Shown here piece after piece: positions 1 to 14,250 of a stretch of DNA of 64,000 nucleotides; position 1 is the first letter of the stretch, and each line of letters starts with the position of its first letter. The notes under the pieces were generated by a model. That model was given only the letters and a program-made list of their open reading frames with translations. It was not told where the DNA came from and made no database searches. The position numbers were made by a program, and so were the translations under genes. Origin of the DNA: Oopsacas minuta (Eukaryota; Animalia; Porifera); contig JAKMXF010000199.1 of the NCBI GenBank assembly GCA_024704765.1, positions 372,001 to 436,000 on the forward strand, read 5' to 3'.

Positions 1-1160
1 TATCTATACAGAATGTTGGTTTAATAAACGATTGAAGTGGACACGCTTATGTTCGAATTGGCTGCTAACTTCCTCCCCTCAAGCATCCTAAACTATTTCC
101 TAGAAATTTTGAATAGAGCCATAGCAATTACCCTTTAGTTGTCTCACTAACATGAATGAATCAACTTGGGAAGTTAGCTGAAAGATTGAAATTAAAGGCA
201 TCAGGCTAGTAGATTCTTACAATTGATTTCATAAGAGAAATTTATATACTTGAAACTTGAAACTTCTGGGTATGTGTTCAGTGATAAATCTGGGCATTCT
301 GCGAAGATTTGTCCGGTCGGATAATTCAGACTGCCAAAACTGGTGATTGCGAAATTTTGGCATGAAAATCTAATCCCGGGAGAGGCTTCATCCAGGGTTG
401 GCAAACCGCGCACTCTGAGTGTGTATAAAATAAACTTGCCGCACCCTAGTGTATTAAGAACATGGGGATACCGCATGATAAATGTCAAATTTGGCGAAAC
501 CCATAAATATTTCCCAAAGTCACATTCCTGTGTGAACCCCGCGCATCCAAATATTGGCCTGCCCCGGGACCATTTTTGTGGATTCAAATGGAAAGGGACC
601 ATATTGGCGGCTAAAGTTTATCATGGAAAGTTTTTATACCTATATATAAGCAAAAGAACGAAACTATATCCAGTGTCAATTAAAGAGTTTCTAGAGTCGT
701 AGGTAAGTAAATAGAATCGATTAGCGTAGAAAACTAGCATCTACGCTTGGGACAGAAGAGAGAGTTAACTATCATTAGATTTGTTTGGAGATATTTTTCA
801 TTGTTTATAATAAAACGTACCGCACTGAAAATTTCAGACCAATTGCACCAATTTGCTACAAATTTTTGTGTTGCGTATCAAAGGAGTTTAAAGTAACTCC
901 AAGTCTAGACAAAATATTAGTTAGAAAGTATCAGTTGTTGTTTCAAGATTAAATCAAGTAACAAAATACTAACGATGGTAAATCTGAATAATGTCAATAT
1001 TGTAAATTCACCACCACCTCACTATAAAATATTATAAGTATCAAAATGTATAGCTAGAAATTATCTAAACATAGTCTAGCTAAACATGGGACATTGAAAA
1101 TAGATCTTGTAGAAAATACTTTTAATTAAGCTATGGAATGTAGAAGCAAGCTTTAAATTC

Positions 1161-2491
1161 CTACGGGCGTTCAATAAGAAGTCGTTATTCCAAATTTTGT
1201 GAGTCGGATATTTCTACCCAGATCAAACTGAAATATCTAATAACAATCCATCCATTGTGAATTCAATAATGCAAAGCATTTTGATTCTGATGTCTCTCTA
1301 ATATTGTACTTATTTACATTTTGGCAGTTTATTATAGTAACATTTTTAATGGCTTCAAAAAGTACAAAGTTCAAAATTGAGCAGAGAGTATATGTGAAGA
1401 TCAGAACACTGCTCAAAGTTTCACCAACAGATGCCCATAAAGATTTAGAGGAAGTTTATAAGGATGCAGCACTTCCATATTCCACTGTTGTTGATTGGGC
1501 TAGACGCTTTCGTGAAGGTAGAGTGTCCATTGAAGATGGGGCAAGAATAGGGAGACCAGTTTCCAGCGCCAGTGACAAAAATATCCTTGAGGTATCAGTG
1601 TTACTTAAAGAAGACCCTCATATCACGCTTGTGGAGATAGCTGATGCGGTTGGGATCTCAACGGGGACTGCTCAAGCTATTGTACATGATAATATGAAAA
1701 TCCGAAAGATATGTGCTCGATGGGTACCGCATTTACTAACTCAGGTCCAGAAAGCAAAGAAGGTCCAATGCTCTACTAAATTGCTCTCTGAGTTAGATCG
1801 AGCTGACTCCAGAAGGTAATTTGAGATAGTAACAGGTGACGAAACTTGGGTACGTTATTCTGAGCATTTTTCAAAATAAGCAAACAAAGTATGGGTGGCA
1901 AAAGGACAGGATCCACTAATGATCCCTCGACCTGACTTTCGGGACCCGAAGGTCATGTACTGTATATTTTTTTATTCTAATGGTCCAGTGTGCCAGATTT
2001 GTGTCCCCAAATACCAAACAATAACAGGCTCTTTCTACACCAATGAATGTCTAACAGAGGTTGAAAAATTGTACCAAAATCGACGGCCAAGGACTGGAAC
2101 TCGTGGATTGCGAGTATTGCATGATAACGCCCGACCGCACAAGACAAAGCTGGTTAGAGAAAATTTGGAAGCTATGAAAATTGTGGAGTTAGATCACCTT
2201 CCCTACTCGCCAGATCTAGCTCCCTGTGACTTTTGGTTGTTTCCAAAGCTAAAGAAACATCTATCAGGCAGGAAATTCGAGAGTCGAGCTCAGATAGGAT
2301 CGGCGATTTTTCAGTATATGAAAGGTGTACCAACCGAAGACGACAAAAGGTTTATTGATTGGATAAAAGGCTGAAATTAGTTTTACAGCACGAAGGGGAA
2401 TACTTTGAGAAACTCCATCACTGAATACACAATTATGCTAGAAAAATTTAGAATTACAATGTGATAACGACTACTTATTGAACGCCCGTAG
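1161..2491 (+). mobile_element. mariner (DD34D) transposon, family A, defective copy
   Basis: TIRs CTACGGGCGTTCAATAAG(A/T)AGTCGTTAT at both ends, with TA after the right end. The transposase runs from ATG 1349 to ~2424 and is broken by stops (1817-1819, ~1878) and deletions. It has WVPHLL, HDNARPH and YSPDLAPCD motifs and is closely similar to the intact copy at 45937. Confidence 0.95.
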
Positions 2492-2845
2492 TAAATAAAT
2501 ATAATATTATACTGCTTCGATTAACTAGAATGACAGTTAACAAGGAGACAGTGTCATAATGAGTATTCTAGTGTAATATTATGGTAAATCAAAAAGCAAT
2601 AGGAAAGTTACAAACATGATATATATTTGGAGGATTTTTTACAGTGAAGAAATTTTCAGGAAAGATGGGCAAAATGTATACTATGCAGAGATGGAATGAA
2701 ATCTGCAGTGGCACTTAGTACCCCTGGTATTGAAATTTAGAGAAGTAAAGGTTGTCTTAGAAATATATAGAAATTGGAATTCAGTGACATAACGATTGAT
2801 CTCTGTGGTAATGGTTCCACCAAACATAATACCAAAAATTATTAC

Positions 2846-3041
2846 CAAAAATTGTTTCTGATTCATTAAAGCAGGTAACCCAGATACTTCCAGAATAATC
2901 ATGAATCTCCATTGAAATCATGTAACGATATACATAGTTTGGGAAGTCCAAATTGCATTTTTCACATCGATAGAGCGTAGTGAATTCATCTTTAAACACT
3001 TTCTTTTGGCATCCATCGCTTGGGCATGATTTATAAAATAT
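2846..3041 (-). CDS. RPA1: RPA1-like exon: DBD-C with C4 zinc finger
   Basis: Translates IFYKSCPSDGCQKKVFKDEFTTLYRCEKCNLDFPNYVYRYMISMEIHDYSGSIWVTCFNESETIFG, matching RPA70 DBD-C (human MYQACPTQDCNKKV...[25 protein letters not shown]...WVTCFQESAEAILG). Acceptor ttattttag| at 3042-3043, donor |gtaata at 2844-2845; phase 0 start matches the previous exon. Confidence 0.9.
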
Positions 3042-3602
3042 CTAAAATAAAATAAACCCATTTAAGGTAGTCAAAGATAAATTGGGAATAATCAAGTAGA
3101 AAAATACCATTAAATACTTACGTCATTCAAAGAGTACTAATCACTGATGTAATTGATAATAATACTAGTCTAAATATACCTATGAAATCATTCCAGGTAG
3201 TTTATTCAATTCTCGATTAAGGACAGCTCCCAAATCGAAGTTATCATAAATTATTTCCAAGTTCTTGTCGCTCGAATTTTGTCAGTTTTAGCTACTTATA
3301 CAATTATGGCTTCAAAATCGTCAAAAATGAGCATGAACAAGAGCACATATCAAGCCCCGTTTATTGTTGATTACTCGAATAGAAACACTCTCAACGATCT
3401 CGTTGGAGGTTTGGGGGGCCAAGCCTGTGCCTATTCCACATCAAAAGGTGGGATCAAATATTTAGAGAAGGGAGAGAAACAATTGAAAATGAACCTGGGA
3501 CAGATGGACCTAAATCAGCTGAATGGGAAATCTCAGTTGAGTTAGTTCGTTAATTCTTTCAGCAACGATCACTGCTGGCCTATTTAGGTGATTCAAGTAT
3601 AC

Positions 3603-6048
3603 TAGAGCATTACCGGATTAGAGATTTCCTACTCCGACCGGATCCGGGTATCCAGTGACGGATTATCCGGTTATCCTGCTAGATTGTATTACAGAATATT
3701 AAAGACCAAGGTGTATAAATTAGATTATCTGTGGGCGATCGGGCTTCTTCACTGCTAGGTTTTTGTAATAGTAGATAATTAAGTACACCACAACATTGAT
3801 ATGTATGCACATATGAATATTTAAGTGATATCAAATTTGGGGTATCGTATATATTATGTTATATTTCATTCTAAGTATTTCCATATTCCATATGAGCGAA
3901 ATTTGGTCGTTCTTCTCAATTTCTAAATAAGACTCTTCGAGAGCACTGTGCAGTGAGTGTAATGGAGATATTTCACGTGGGAAGAATTCCAAAACATACA
4001 GTACATCCCCACGGTGGAATCTTTTGAAAATTCCCATCTAGAATTATTTAAAAGCACTATCAAATCAAATCTTCTCTTCCCACATGTCGATTACAGCCAG
4101 AACAGCTTTGCAACAATGCACCAAATGTAATGGATTCAGCCATATCCAGTATTCCTCTGATCGCGCATTCTCAATCAGATCTAAGTGCAACTATTCAAGA
4201 AACGTAACATCACACATTCGAAAAACAAAAAAAGTGGCAAATTGATGATCCTCGTGCAATGGAAATTCACTATCGAATCGGAGAGATGATAGTAATTGAT
4301 AACCAACCCATTTCTATAGTTGAGAATATAGGATTCAAAGTTGATCAGCCATATTTCTCCGAGATATGAAATTGCAAGCAGAAAATACTTTCAAGAAAAG
4401 ATACTTGCGAAATTTTATGAAAAACTAGCACAATCTATCTCACAGCTTCTCAAGGACCAAAAACACATTTCCTTTCCGATATTTGGAGTGATATGCATTC
4501 AAACTTGTCATATATCAGTTTAAGCGGTCATTTCATAGATCTATCGTTTCAGAGAAGGATGTTGTACTAAATGTTAAACATTTTCCAGGTAGTCACAAAG
4601 GAGTTGCCATTTCTAATATTTTCAAGAAATGAAAGAGGGTTGGAAAATTTCCGATATCAAAGTTCATCTCCTCATTTGTGATAATGCTGCGAACATACGC
4701 CTAGGTGCGGAACTAGCTAATACTAAGAGCGAAAGTTGTTTTATACATACAATCCAATTGGCCTTAAACGATAGCATTTTCTAACAAAGAAGTATCAGAG
4801 ATATTATACATGTTAGCAGAAACATTGTCGGCCATTTTCATCACTCACCTTTAGCAACAAATCGTCTCAAAGATATTCAAAATGTGCTTGGAATTCCACA
4901 ACATAAACTAATTCAAAATGTGCGAATTCGATGGAATAGCACCTTTTATATACTATAAAGTTTGATGGAGTGAAGAAGAGCGATTGCAATGTATTCAAAT
5001 GATTTTGGAACTACAAACCTTACTCTATACCAGTGGCATTTATTTGAAATATACTGAGATTATTACAACAAATTGAGGAAGATATAAGACGATTTAGTTC
5101 CACTTCAATATCTATTTCGGAAATCATTGTCGAAGTACGAGTTCTTTTACGATACCTCGGAAAAAAAGAACTGATGAAGGAGTGCAAACAATGAAGAATG
5201 AATTAAGGAAATCTATCTAGGCTCGTTTTGTGATTGATGGAAAGATATTTACCAAAGAACATTATATAATCGCAACAATACTTGACCCCAGGTTCAAAAC
5301 TTAATTCTTTACAATTCAACAGAAAGACTATTTGGATACCATCAAGGATATGCTTATTTTGGAAATGGCGAAAGATGTAGGGCCTGAAGCTAGTTTGCCC
5401 ACAAATATAAGGGATAATTTGATAATTGAAATCGATAGCTGTGAAGCTCCGCCACCCAAGAAATCTTTAAGGGAAGATATTCATGATTCTATCATGAAGT
5501 GCTAGGATGAGATTCTAAGTGGAGCGTTAGACTACGAGAAAGAAATATCATATTTTGAGGGGGAGCAGATGAGCATTAGTCCTGGAGTGAGTCAGAATAT
5601 ACAAGAAATCATTATAAATTCCACCTTGAATGCTATTTGAAAGATCCATTACTCCCTAGATCGGGAGATCCCTTACTTTGGTGGAAATGGAATGTGGCTA
5701 TCTATTCGAATTTAGTTTCCGTTGCTGTGAAATATTTATCGGCTCCATCAAGTTCAATATACAGTGAGAGACTATTCAATACTACTGCAGGGATTATTTT
5801 CGAAGAAAGACGCAGCTCTCTTTTCCCAGAAAATGGGGAGCGATTAATATTCATTTAAAAGAACCACTCATTATTTTATTACAAATATTAGTGGTGTGCT
5901 CTAGTGCTCTAATTACTCATATTCTGTTATCGCAAATTACTTAAAATATCCGCCCGGATATTGCTTCATATCCGGCAGCATTCGGATATCCGGAAAATGG
6001 CCTGATATTGGTCGATACCGGATTTGAACCGGACTTCCGGTACAGCTA
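3603..6048 (+). mobile_element. degenerate hAT transposon (ZBED4-like transposase)
   Basis: Ends TAGAGCATTACCGGA / TCCGGTACAGCTA with CCGGA-rich subterminal repeats. Broken frames give KKWQIDDPRAMEIHYRIGEMIVIDNQPISIVENIGF, IRWNST, ATILDPRFK and the dimerisation motif LSAPSSSIYSERLF. No clear 8-bp TSD. Confidence 0.85.
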
Positions 6049-7429
6049 ATGTACACTGAGGTCTCAACGGGGAAGAATTTACGAGTGTGAAGTTAGCAGA
6101 CTATTCAACCATTTATACTTCAATCACTAGGTTAATCATTTTCACTTATCAGATTTTAACTAAATTTATCTCATTCGATAGAGGAGAGATAAACATGTGA
6201 TGCAATGTGCTTTTGGTGTAAATCTTTTACTTTTTATAGGAATCATTTGAACAATTCCCTATTTATACAAGTTCATTAAAATATACCATCTAAAAGTTAG
6301 AATGTGATGCTGAAAATTCTTTGTACATTTCTACCATATCAACGCTAATGTAAATAAATTCATCAAAAAATACCGAAAACTCGCTGAGTGATGGCCATTC
6401 AAATTTTTTGTTGGTCGAGGATATTAATGGGTACTATATAAAGTAGGGTTAATTCAAACTCATATATATTATCAATAGATGAGACATAAACATTTATAAC
6501 ACTGTCAATTTTATCCAGAAATACTGAAAATGTTCACCCGCATCAACCCTCTAGAAATCGATTATTTCTCATATTTTTGTGAATCATGAGCTTTAAACTT
6601 TGAACTCATTTTAGAAAATATTTACCAACAGAATCGCCTCCGAATCTCAGGTAACTTCCTTGGTATTCCATAATTCAATTCTCTTAAGGGTAGCTAGTTC
6701 ATTTTAATAAACATTAGTCCTCTATAAAGTTTGAAACTTCACCATTTTGTAAACCAAAGTATTTGTATATACAAGTAATACACCCTCCAGTAAATGTTTG
6801 TCATGTTTAGATGATGATCTACGTCAAGCTTGGATAGTTACTATTCCTAATTAGAAGGGTCTATTTTTATATATTCCCGAAATTGATTCATTGACTGACA
6901 GAAAATATTCACACTCCCCTTCGCCATAATAGCATTTTTGATATTCTTATTTCAATCATATATTTTGCATTGTTCGCCTGTATAATTCAATCCTGCTCTC
7001 CATTGGTGGTATCGAAATAAACCAAGGAACAATAACTCCAACTCAAGATTCATATTCTGAACAAGGTAATTCATAAAAATTAAATCTTTAGTCTTTAGGG
7101 GGAATAAGATTAATTACAACCTTCCGGCACGCCTTTCTGTACATCTAGTTCATAAATATGATGCATATAGTCTATCAGACGGATTGCAGCCATCATAGGC
7201 GTAGCATGGTTAGGGGGCGGTGGGGCATATACCCCACCACTTCACAACTCGAGAGTTAATGAGAATTTCATTGATATAGTTTCAGCACATGCACTTAAGT
7301 CACATACTTAGGACAATCAAAAAGATCACATTATTGTGTAATACAATGACACTACAATAACTTAATCAAATTTCATCATAAAATGTTCGAAATACTCCTC
7401 CTCTACATCTATGCATAGTTGTAACCTTT

Positions 7430-8440
7430 CAACCCACTTCGAAAATGTATTTTATTATTTTCATCTCTGTCTACTGAATTGAGGTACTGGTAAATTTCGT
7501 TTGCTAGCTCTTGTCTGGTATGAAATCACTGTCCTCCGAGATGTATCTTCCGCTCAGGAGATAGCCAAAAATCTCAAGGTGATAGATCTGGTGGACATGG
7601 AGGATGTTCCATCATTTCAAACCGGATATCTTCAATGACTTAGATAAGGTATTTGCATCATGAGGCCTGGAATTATGGTGAAGTTGGATTCCTCGAGTTC
7701 CTGAACGCAGACGTCATGTTTATAGACTTTTTTGACTTTTCTCAGGCATTTATCTGCGTAAAATCCTCCATTGAGTCGTTCTCCTTTAGGCACAGGTATT
7801 TGAGTCACAGGCCCATACGTATCAAAGAATATGGCGTAAAGAACCTTATCCCCTAGGAATTCCGGAAGTGACTTTTCAAGGGGGTAAAACATTATGGTAG
7901 CCATGAATTGCTTTGTTCATTACACAGAGGTTCGGAGAATTTAATCCAAGTTTCGTCACCGGTAACGATTTCAAATAACCTTCGGGAATCTGAATCTCTA
8001 TATTCTTTAAGCAAATGTTTGAAACCCTCTACTCCTTTTCCCCCTACGAGGACTTTTGTATCTATCGCGCCTAAATCTTTCGATATTCGCGATAATCGTA
8101 TAGATTTATATAAACACTTCCCGATGAGATGTCCAGGATTAGGGCAATCTCTTCAACCCTCAAATGGGGGACAATATCCAATAGTTCAAAAGGTCGGAGG
8201 TAATTTCAGGGGTGGTAGCGGAGATTAGTCTTCCTGTCTTCAATGGTGCGCCTACCAACCTTTACTTTACATGCCCATTCCTTTACAGTGGGATCCACTA
8301 GCGCTTCCCCATGATAAACCGTGACTAGATCCTCATGTATCTAGAGTGGTTGTCGCCGAGTACGGTACGAATCTCTTTGTAAGCTCGTTGTTCGGTTTTG
8401 CTCGAAATGTGTTTTGAAGTCATGAAAAAGTTGACCCTTA
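7430..8440 (-). pseudogene. old mariner transposase remnant (related to family A)
   Basis: Minus-strand fragments YAIFFDTYGPVTQIPVPKGERLNGGFYADKCL and PPDLSP*DFWL. Multiple frameshifts; TIRs not recognised. Confidence 0.8.
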
Positions 8441-9343
8441 GGTTAAAAGTAGAATATATCAAGATATATAATAGCTAGAGTGAAATGCTTAACGGCATTA
8501 AATAGGTAGACGATACTATTAGGATATACTATGAATTTCATGTAATCGAGTAGAGTCTGCCTGCTATAAACTAAGGATGGGAAGCTTTTGAATGCCCCAA
8601 GTAAATATATTTATAGGATCACATGTGCTAATGATAGAATATAGTATCAATTTTCACGCAATTGAAAGTATTTCATTCCTTTGTTATTCTAATTGCGTCA
8701 ATTCCGCATTCTACTCCATGCTATGTATATATGTGCCCCAGCATATCGTTGGACCTAGCTATGCCTATGCCAGCCATCCCTTGTTTGATTTTAGGTAACT
8801 TTTGACTATATTTTTACATGATTATATGTGAAATATCAACCAAATATAATGTTGTAAGTGCATGAATTTAAATATTTTTGTTTTGTATCTAGAATAACCA
8901 AGGATATCAGGCTAATGAAATGTGAAATGGTTTCAACAGTTCATTCCTTTGAAGCTCTCATAAATTAACTTGATGGAGTAATTTTGAATGCTCAGTGACC
9001 CATTAGATCTGATGGAGAATCCTTACACATAATCCTTCCAATTCCTTCCGATAGACTTGAAATTCCACACAGGGGAGGCGAGCGGACCCGTTGCGAATCA
9101 CTGTTAATAACGAACGATATTTGAATAAGAATTCCATTAATGATAACTCTTTAAGTTGGCTATTTAGATATGAAGGAACCTCTCTCTTCTGATAAGATCG
9201 ATTATACCGTTGACATTGGATAACACTTAAATATGAAAACAGCATGGAAGGAAAGCCCCAAATTACAAAAACTAATAAAAGTAGAATATATCAATAGACT
9301 ATATTAACTGTGTTGTATATGCTTTAACAAATAATTCTTACTA

Positions 9344-10653
9344 CAAGGGTTGTTCAATAAATAATGGGACTTCATCCAGAATGCAAAAATAAACTTAACT
9401 TATCATAATTGATTATTAAATGTTTCGATAAATTCTCCCTTTAACTTAATACATCGTTTCCATCGTTCTGGTTAGTTTTCCAGCCCAGTGGTATAGAATT
9501 CTTTAGGTTGCCATTTTCTCACTGTTTTCTTTCATACTCCAGCCGTTTGAAATCCTCAAACCTCTTCCCACGAAGAGGTCTCTTCATCTCTCCAAACAGC
9601 CAGCAGTCGTTGGGAGCCAGGTCTGGACTATACGGGGATGAGGGAGGCATTCGAATCCTAAGTTGTCAATTGCAGCCATTGTCTTGGAGCTTAAATGGAC
9701 CTTACGTTGGCATGTTGCAGCAATACGCCACGTGTCAACTTGCCTCGCCTCTCACGTTTAATCGCTTGACGCAATTCTTTCAATTCGTCAACGAAATTAT
9801 CACTGTTTATGGTTGTCTTCTCAGGCAGACACTCGAGGTGTATAATTCCTTCCCTATCTCAAAATACTGTTGCCATTCTCTTCCCTGCTGATTTTGCAGC
9901 ATTTACCTTGATGGGCACAGGTTCATCACGTTTCTTCCACTGCTTCGATTGAGTATTCCCCACTGGTTCATAATAAGGAAACCAAGTTTCATCCCCCGTT
10001 ACTATATGAGCCAAAAAGTCTTCCTCTACCTTGTATCTTGAATGTAATTCTTTGCTACCTCTGACCTTTTTGCGTTGTCTTCTTCTAGAAGGGTTTTAGG
10101 ACCCAACACGCAATTACCTCGACATTTCCAGATCTTCAGTGATAATCGAGTGTAGTGTGGCTTTTGATATACCTGCCCTCTCTTCTAACTCTCCCAGGGT
10201 TATTCGTCTGTCCACGGCCTAAATTGTTTGGACCCTCTCGATATACTCTGGGTTTTTGAGGAAGTCGGACCACCTGGATGAGGGTCATCGTGGAGTTCTT
10301 CATCGCCATTATCAAAACGTTCGATCCATCTATATAGATATGGTGGCTTTCGAAGGACATTCATCACCGAAAACACTATGCATTTCACGAAGAATGTATG
10401 AGCCAATCTTCCCTTTTTTGCCACAGGTACCAAATTATTTGTCATTTTCTTTCTTTGCTAAAATCCATTAGTTGAAAAAGGTAGCCTATACAAATGAAAC
10501 TTTATACTGAAGAATATGCTAGTAGAGTAGAGAGTATATTGTATAGAAGTTAGACAATCAAGTTAGGCTTGTAATCTGATAGTAGGCTTAGAGCTGTATT
10601 AACTAGAATTTGAATTCGATACATTAGTCTTATTACTTATTGAACAACCCTTG
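9344..10653 (-). mobile_element. mariner transposon, family C, defective copy
   Basis: TIRs CAAGGGTTGTTCAATAA at both ends with flanking TA. Frameshifted transposase on the minus strand with a PYSPDLAPND-type motif. Second copy at 20149. Confidence 0.9.
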
Positions 10654-11119
10654 TACTTATGAAATACAAACATAGTGCTAGTGTAATATGAGAATAATAT
10701 ATCTAGTTCGGCATGTAAGGGGCGAGAATTCTGCATTTCCATGCTTGCAAGAGAGATAGACTTCAGATGCGGATAGAATTTTGGAAAGGATACCTATTCA
10801 TAACCTACAAAACATTAGGCCTGATCATCACTATCAAGAGTAGATATAAATGAAAGCATTTTCTATAATCACATGAATAAATGAATTATTGATATGTAAC
10901 AATCCGTAACACCCACATTTGTGAAATTATCAGATCGAAGTGGCATTATCTATTAGTGTAATTAGCAAATAAGTATAACAAAATGGCCATCTTTGGTAGC
11001 AGGATTTAAGTAAGCAATGGCACATGTTTAAAATGTTAAATTCATAAACCTAAAACAACTCAGTGGAATATATAAATAATTTGGCATTATAAAGTGCCCA
11101 CGCTTCTGGGGTACCGTAC

Positions 11120-11335
11120 ACACCATGGATGTCACAGGTTTTGTCAACATCCACTCAACACTCGATAAACAAAAAATTATAGTCAAATCTGGACAGCCAA
11201 CCGATAGGATATACTACTCTCAATACCCTTGCAAACATATTTAATATGATATCTCTCAGGAATAATGCAGAATAATATGACCATTTGGGCATAATCATGA
11301 TTACGTCAATTTGATAAAAGCCATCATGTCACAAT
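11120..11335 (+). repeat. unclassified dispersed repeat (diverged copy at ~57095-57300)
   Basis: Collinear shared blocks CCATGGATG(T/G)CACA, ACTCGATA, ATACCCTTG, GATATCT and TGGGCATAATC..GATTACGTCA at both loci. Confidence 0.6.
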
Positions 11336-12599
11336 TTAGTCTAGGGATATGGGAAGTCGACCATATATACTATATATTGGCTCTAAGGATTTCACCATTA
11401 TTGTATATTATCGAGGAATAAGTGGATATTACAAAGGACTAAAATCGATGGTAAGTCTGACGAATATTCTTCTCCTGGCATGCATTTTGTGTATAAGAAT
11501 AAGAGTAAGTTGCAAATTCTACAGAATACTAAGAAGAAAGAAGACAATCGCTCAGCAAAAATGTAGCATATCATGATATATCGAAAGAATTAGTCTTGAA
11601 AATATATACACTAACCAAAGAAAGTATCATTACACCACGAAATATACACCAGTAAATCCGGGAATTACTGCGAACATTTCAACATTCTTACAATAACATA
11701 ACCATAGAGGAGTATTTGACTGTGTTTGTTAACATTGTCCTGACTAACCAGATGAAATATTTTCTTAATAGATCATTAAAGAAACACTTTGCTCATCAAT
11801 AGATCATGAGCTTATTAAATATTCAATGAGGGAATGAATAAAATTCAATTTAGATGGAACAATTCAGATAGCATATTTGTATTCTACTGGTGAGAATGAC
11901 CCAGATTAGGATTTTGAATTCTTTAGAATAAGTCTTGTTGACGTATTAGTATTTTCATAATGGTGCTAAAAGTGGCAGATGTGGCACACTGTTAGAATAA
12001 TAGGCATCAAAATAGAATACAGTATAAAATATAACACCAAGAAACCTAGATAATATTCTCGAATCACCATTGTTGATAGCCACTAACCCATTATTTTGCT
12101 AGAGAAACGAAATTACAGTTGAACGCTGTAATGTATTAAATGCAAATAGGTTATCATAGAATGGGATTCGAAGGCCAGACTCAAAAACTATGATTATAAT
12201 TATGATTCGATTTTTGGAATTATGACAGTAATTTATATTGATTTATTAAGCATTCGTAAATCAAGAAAATACCATGTTTAGACATCACTTTGAGTCATAA
12301 ATAACAAGTTACGACAATCTAGATTCTGTAGAAACAGAAATTTTAACTTAATTAAGATCTTGAGAAATGTTCAACGAAGAAATACTATGTGTGTGTGTGT
12401 ACACTATTTTGGCATAGACAAATAATATTACCAAACTGAGTGTCCAAATTTTCCAAGGCTACTTACAGTATAGCATTCTCTGATATCCAACCAATAAAGG
12501 GTGTCATTGTGAAGTAAATCTAATAAAAACAACAATGGCATTCCCTTCAAAGGTACAATTACGAGATAAAATCCCGCGTTTATCCGAAACAAATTATCA

Positions 12600-13000
12600 C
12601 TGCAATAAATTACTACTTTAGAAATATATTCAACCCGCAAATTCTTTCCGTATTAAGAAGGATTTTTACAAGAACATTTCTCGGAAAAGTTTTAAGAATA
12701 CTGACAGAATTTGTATAGTATTGGTGAGATACTCCCCAACTAGATGGAATCCACGACAGAAGGTATGTTTCTCTGTACAATTTCCAAAATGTGAGGCATT
12801 AACTAAATGGCTAGATCTGAAATCCGGAAATTGGATGACAATTGGTATGAAGTTTTGATAAAGCTGACTGGTGTTCGACAGTAGCAGTTGAACCATCGGC
12901 AGGTCTGTACACTGACGAAACTTTGAGTGAAGCATTTGGAAGAGTCATAAGTCCTTTGTAGAAATCCTGATAAAGCTGGTATTGCCTTCGGGGCTAACAA
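12600..13000 (-). pseudogene. possible LINE endonuclease remnant
   Basis: Minus-strand frame LKVSSVYRPADGST resembles the V..VYRPP motif of APE-type endonucleases. Frames are broken and the match is weak. Confidence 0.3.
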
Positions 13001-13399
13001 ATAAATATAAGAAGTAAACCGCAATCACACTTATGGGGTCCGATGCCATATCTCCCAAAGATTTCTTGCTAGGCTCGCCAGAATAATCAACATTCTTAGC
13101 ATTTCAACTTCAGCTTGAGAAAGGAAAATGGAGATATCAACTATTATCTACAATTAGAAGGCATCGTTTTGGCAACTTGGGATAAAATTATTGGGATCTT
13201 ATGCCTCTCCTGGGTTATTGTCAGACTTGAATATATACCGATCAAATTAAATTGTCTTTATGGTTTCACCCCTTCAGGTTCCAGATCGATTTAGGGATGT
13301 TCTGTGAGAAAGTAGGGATACTAACTCATGTTTTTCAAACCACCTAGTAGCACTTATTTGCATAAAGGAGACTAGTGACATTGTTATAGAATTGAGCAA

Positions 13400-14250
13400 G
13401 TTACTAAACCTTGAAATTGTTTCACTTAATGAGATTAGTTTTCACACCTAATCGTAATAGTAAACCATTCCAAGTAAAGAAGAAGTCAAAGCTTAGATGT
13501 TTGATGGCAAAACTTAAGCAACGATGACAGAAAAAGGAGGAATGCTATGTATTTCCTAAAAAGCAATTCAAAGTGTAATAAATAGCATTTTTGCGGGTTT
13601 CTTTTGGATTGTTCGATAGAGGATATCAAAGACACAATCCGTCAGATACCCTCTGATGAAAAAGAGCTGATGAGCTACAATAGAAAGCAACCGTGTTGGA
13701 TTACACACTAACCTGCAAGTGGATGTTTCCTGGCAGCACCTTTACATTCTTATCTAAGGATTTTAGATTGGTTTCTTGAACATGATCTAACAAGTTGTAG
13801 CAAGAAAGTCTAAGGGGACTGTGATGCTATATAATCGAGATTTACAGTGCAAGAACACACATTTGAGCAGGAAATCAGATTTTCTAAGTTGGTTAAAGGG
13901 TGTTGCAATGAGGCTCTGCATCAATGAATGGTAAATTCTGAAAGATCATCATTTGTTACACCTGTGGTCAAGTAGGCCATCAAAGAATAGTGAAGAAATA
14001 TGCGTGGAGAAAACGGGGAAAAGCATATGAATAAGATTCTCTTCTTCTAAATTCCACAGATGAACTATTCTGCTATTTGTTCTTCTGTTACCACAATATA
14101 TTCATATATTCAATTGTCAAAAAACTATGTTCAGTGAAAATCTAGACTTCATTACCATATATGGTTGTCACAATTACGTCATATATTGAAAACTTGATGA
14201 GGAAAAACTGAATGAAAATCAACAAAAGAACCACAATAATCATCAAAGTA
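13400..14250 (+). pseudogene. possible LTR-retrotransposon gag remnant (zinc knuckle)
   Basis: CYTCGQVGH at 13954-13980 is a Cx2Cx4H knuckle with the final Cys lost. It sits in stop-riddled coding-like sequence and no LTRs were seen; boundaries are approximate. Confidence 0.4.

Noticed and set aside
201-702. Overlapping 133-aa and 119-aa ORFs
   Set aside because: No recognisable motifs; they probably reflect a locally GC-richer non-coding repeat.
2640-2735. Possible final RPA1 exon (GVLSATADFIPSLH...)
   Set aside because: It stops after about 22 codons and lacks the expected KxETYNDE-type C-terminal motifs.
7195-7250. GGCGTAGCATGGTTAG as a tRNA/SINE A-box
   Set aside because: No B-box (GTTCGA) or cloverleaf follows.
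9508-9891. 127-aa plus-strand ORF (also 20911-21132 minus) as a novel gene
   Set aside because: It is the antisense frame of the family C mariner transposase.
12388-12401. (TG)n microsatellite
   Set aside because: Too short to be informative.
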